From positions 1 through 29,718 of IMG/VR virus record IMGVR_UViG_3300008450_000306: a stretch of DNA of 29,718 bases; one strand, given 5' to 3'. The notes beneath the pieces were generated by a model. It saw only the letters and a list, made by a program, of their open reading frames with translations. It was not told where the DNA came from and searched no databases. Shown here piece by piece: positions 26,804 to 29,718 of the stretch (its first letter is position 1; each line of letters opens with the position of its first letter). Both the position numbers and the translations under genes were made by a program. The stretch is from a virus. Taxonomy: Duplodnaviria; Caudoviricetes.

Positions 26804-27433
26804 TCAATAGGCCCACTTGGCATTTCCCAGCACCTCATCGGAGTCGTGCCACCACTCGTCCCAGCGCTCATTGCTGGCGGCCTCCCACTGCGGAATGCGT
26901 GCCGCGGCACCTTCGGGCGTAAGGCTCACAGGCAGCCACTTGAGCCGGTTGTTCGGGTAGATGGCGATCTGCCCGTTGCTGAGCCGCACCACGTTCCCCT
27001 CCTTGTGCTCATCGAGCAAATCCGCATCGGCGGTGTCGATGACTCCCAAGTGTTGGCCCTCGGGGATGTAGTCGATGGTCCACAGGTAGTGGCCGCGGAT
27101 GGTATGGCCTTTGCCTAAATTCACGATGACCGGCACATCGGTGAGTTGGTCTTTCCGCCACAGCTCGATGCTGCCGGACAGGCATTCCCACATCTGGACT
27201 TGATGCAGATCCAGCGTCCTGTGATCTTTTTCCGGCTCATACCAATACAGGCAGTGCGGCGGCACCTTGTCAAAGCAGGCCGCATACCTCGGCACCCACA
27301 CCTGCCAGCACAGCGGCCGGTGCCTCAGCGCCCGCACACTCACCAGCCACGCCGGCTCAAATTCACTCGCGTTTTCGCCAAACGCATCGCCGCGCACATA
27401 CACTTTGGTTTTTGGTGTGTTAATGTTTCTCAT
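26804..27433 (-). CDS. Conserved phage hypothetical protein (209 aa)
   Basis: QMWECLS, YLWTIDY, EHK, LSNGQIAIYPNNRLKW motifs; start reassigned to MRNINTP. Confidence 0.75.
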   Translation of the reverse strand: MRNINTPKTKVYVRGDAFGENASEFEPAWLVSVRALRHRPLCWQVWVPRYAACFDKVPPHCLYWYEPEKDHRTLDLHQVQMWECLSGSIELWRKDQLTDVPVIVNLGKGHTIRGHYLWTIDYIPEGQHLGVIDTADADLLDEHKEGNVVRLSNGQIAIYPNNRLKWLPVSLTPEGAAARIPQWEAASNERWDEWWHDSDEVLGNAKWAY

Positions 27434-27447
27434 GGTTGTTTGTGGTT

Positions 27448-28233
27448 TTACTGGCGGTAAGAATCCCAACGGCACCAAACGACGCCGCCCGTCTTGTGCT
27501 TCGTGTGCTCGTTGATGCGGTCCATGATCGTCTCGCCTAGGCCGTTGATACGCCTGCCGTTGACCGTCTCGCCGCTGCAAATGCCTTCCGGTGTCATCCA
27601 GTTGCCTATCAACATCGTCGGCCTCCGGTTGCCGTAGCGATCATCCATGATGCTTTCCAGCACGGGCAGGTGTTTCGCCTCGACGGTGTGAACCTCGTCA
27701 ATGCAGAGGAACGGGATGCGCTGGAAGGCAAACAGACGTGCCTGCTTGTCGTGGCCAGAAATGGCCGTCAGGAGATCAAAGGCGCGGACGTAAACGCCGG
27801 AATCGTGGCCTTTGGTCAGTCGATAATAGGCAATGAAAGCCGCAATCTGCGTTTTGCCTCGCCCGCGATCGCCGGCCAGAACCAGCAGCCGGTTCCCAAA
27901 GATGCGAGGGGCAAGCTTTTCGGCCATGACCTTGCCGGGTCCGGTCATTTCATCGAGCTTGCCGGCATGCAGCCGAGGCCAGGACGAATCCAGCTTCCGC
28001 ACCGGAGGCAGCGCAGCCCTTTCGTCCACCTTGATGCTGCATGCGTCGCAGTAGCCTTGGAATCCGACCGCCTCGAACTCGTCGCCACAGTCCGCGCATT
28101 TGCGCAGAAACCGGGCTTCTAGGCGTTGTAGGAACTCGGCAGGGATAATGCAGCCCGAAGCGCCATCGACGCTTTCTAGGCCGGTTTCCGGGGTTCTCGA
28201 TGCCATGAGGGCGATTTTGTCGTGAAGGTTCAT
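27448..28233 (-). CDS. DnaC/IstB-like AAA+ helicase loader
   Basis: CxxC..CxxC, Walker A GDRGRGKT, Walker B LCIDE, DDRY..RPT..IGN; coupled to initiator. Confidence 0.85.
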   Translation of the reverse strand: MNLHDKIALMASRTPETGLESVDGASGCIIPAEFLQRLEARFLRKCADCGDEFEAVGFQGYCDACSIKVDERAALPPVRKLDSSWPRLHAGKLDEMTGPGKVMAEKLAPRIFGNRLLVLAGDRGRGKTQIAAFIAYYRLTKGHDSGVYVRAFDLLTAISGHDKQARLFAFQRIPFLCIDEVHTVEAKHLPVLESIMDDRYGNRRPTMLIGNWMTPEGICSGETVNGRRINGLGETIMDRINEHTKHKTGGVVWCRWDSYRQ

Positions 28234-29021
28234 GCTGCTTTGGGGTGAAAAATGGCGTTCTCGTCTTCGAGGAATGCAGGCAGTTCGTCGTGCTGGCGGT
28301 TCGTCACGTCGGATGCAGCGGGAGCCTGCCAGTTGCGCCAGCGGTCAATCTCGCCCGTCCAGTTGTTGAGCAAGGTTTGAAGATCTTTCCGCGTGAACTT
28401 GGCCTTGGCTTCGTAGGGCGCTTTCAGGATCGCAATGCCTTCCGCTAGGTCGTCGGGATAAATGGCCTTCCATGCCTTGAGTTCCTTCGCGCTCCATTGC
28501 GTCGATGCTCTGCGTCCAAACCATGAGCCGACTTCCAGCTTCTGCTCATCCACCAGCGCAGGCGGAGCCGGAGCGGTAAGGGGTAGGGGTTTAGTATTTG
28601 GTTCTTGGTTCTGGTTCTGGTTCTGGTTAGCTTTCAATTCGGTTTCTTCTGGGTTGCCAGTTGGTTTCTTGTCGGAACCCAGAAATAACCCGGTGGGTTT
28701 TTTGCCCTGTGTTTTCGGCCTTCCACCGTTTTTGCCGTTCTGCCTTGCTCGATCCGCACGGGCCTTGTAATCGGCAATTTCAGCGTCACAACGCGCCTGA
28801 TGCCAGCCCGTTGCGCGGTGCTCGAAGAACTCAGCAAGCACTTTGCTAACCACTTCGGAACCCAAACGTAACCGACGAGAAACCAACTCGGTTTCCAGTG
28901 GGATAGGGCTTTCAGAGGAATAATACAGGTCCAACAGGCGGCGATAGGCCAAATCCTCCAACGGCTCTAAGTGGGCCGTGTCGAGCATGTAATCGCCGGG
29001 ATGAAACGGGTAATGGTGCAT
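28230..29021 (-). CDS. DUF1376/YdaU-family replication initiator
   Basis: HYPFHPGDY.LDTAHL..LEDLAYRRLLDLYY, NGKNGGRP, NQNQNQ linker. Confidence 0.88.
   Translation of the reverse strand: MHHYPFHPGDYMLDTAHLEPLEDLAYRRLLDLYYSSESPIPLETELVSRRLRLGSEVVSKVLAEFFEHRATGWHQARCDAEIADYKARADRARQNGKNGGRPKTQGKKPTGLFLGSDKKPTGNPEETELKANQNQNQNQEPNTKPLPLTAPAPPALVDEQKLEVGSWFGRRASTQWSAKELKAWKAIYPDDLAEGIAILKAPYEAKAKFTRKDLQTLLNNWTGEIDRWRNWQAPAASDVTNRQHDELPAFLEDENAIFHPKAA
28600..28712. repeat. Iteron-like repeats / putative replication origin within initiator gene
   Basis: Tandem GGTTCT and repeated GGTTTCTT/GGGTT units in the linker, as in lambdoid initiators. Confidence 0.5.
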
Positions 29022-29226
29022 TACAGAAAAAGGCCGCCCCCGTTGCACGCTGAAAAACCGGGACAGAAACCGGATGCCTTATAGGCACGCGCAAGCAGGG
29101 GCGATGTGTGTTGATCTGTCATTTGAATGTGTGCTGTTTTCAGTCAGCAAGGAGATTTTGAGCAAAGAAGCGCGTCACCGCAATGTCACATATCGTGCTT
29201 TATCGTGGCTTCGTTTACTGCGTTGC

Positions 29227-29547
29227 TCAGAAAGGAATATCATCATCCTCCATGCCGTCGCGCATCGGCGGTTCTTCTTCGCGTTTCGGCGCTGGCCCGC
29301 GCTCGCTTCTGCCGTCGCCTTGATACTTGGGGCGCGGCTGTTGCTGCCGATCTTCATCGAGCGGATACAGTGACAGCCAGCCAGACCATTCAGGCGATAC
29401 GGGCATGGCGTCGATTTTCAGCGACACGCGCCCTTGGTCGTCCGTGAATGCCGTTCCAACTGTCAGGTATCGTTTCTTTTCCTCGCCAGTCTGGCGGTCT
29501 TTGTAGGTGCCAATGGTGGCGACGATCTTGTTTGTTGCTTTTGCCAT
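29227..29547 (-). CDS. Single-stranded DNA-binding-like protein
   Basis: GEEKKRYLTVGTAF..SLKIDAMP..GWLSLY core with acidic DDDIPF tail. Confidence 0.8.
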   Translation of the reverse strand: MAKATNKIVATIGTYKDRQTGEEKKRYLTVGTAFTDDQGRVSLKIDAMPVSPEWSGWLSLYPLDEDRQQQPRPKYQGDGRSERGPAPKREEEPPMRDGMEDDDIPF

Positions 29548-29569
29548 GGTGCTAGGTGGTAGGATGTGG

Positions 29570-29718
29570 TTAGTCGAGGGGTTGAATGACAATCTGGCAG
29601 CCGCACGGTTCTCCCGCGCAAGCATAGCGTTTCGATATTTCGAGCACCGCCGTTTGAGCGTCGTCGGCCCACACGATGCCGGTCAAAGCGTCTTCGGTGG
29701 ATCGCGCCAGCTTGAGCG
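29570..29718 (-). CDS. rusA: RusA-family Holliday junction resolvase (C-terminal part)
   Basis: Hand-translated LKLARSTEDALTGIVWADDAQTAVLEISKRY...IVIQPLD*. Confidence 0.85.
   Translation of the reverse strand, partial: LKLARSTEDALTGIVWADDAQTAVLEISKRYACAGEPCGCQIVIQPLD

Noticed and set aside
29585-29620. GGTTCTCC as another attC end
   Set aside because: No matching left arm; lies within rusA coding sequence
1-29718. Genome-wide TAG reassignment
   Set aside because: Only one internal TAG seen in long genes, and TAG ends tightly packed genes such as the small terminase
1-29718. Integrase, reverse transcriptase/DGR, tRNA or CRISPR array
   Set aside because: No supporting motifs or repeats found in this window

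Overview
The window is a contiguous segment of a tailed dsDNA phage or prophage with a podovirus-type virion module (T7/BPP-1-like portal, tail tubular proteins A/B, internal virion proteins), almost all on the minus strand. Right to left: RusA resolvase (partial), SSB-like protein, DUF1376/YdaU replication initiator, DnaC-like loader, small HTH/hypothetical genes, small and large terminase, portal, Bbp19-like protein, scaffold, a metzincin-type protease, major capsid, decoration protein, tail adaptor, tail nozzle, two internal virion proteins, and a giant (>2480 aa) polyvalent ejection protein running off the left edge. Main observations: (1) four attC-like sites with GAAC/GTTC cores delimit two integron-type cassettes inside the phage, with genes antisense to the canonical orientation and no integrase in view; (2) two independent three-gene morons each pair a promoter containing a palindrome with a terminal KGG-motif protein; (3) the giant protein carries two ADP-ribosyltransferase-like modules and an HhH glycosylase-like module and is interrupted by one in-frame TAG; (4) tandem internal-loop hairpins precede the capsid gene; (5) a Shine-Dalgarno-led Met-Lys-stop minigene lies in a structured spacer. 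All family assignments come from motif recognition by eye, not database searches.
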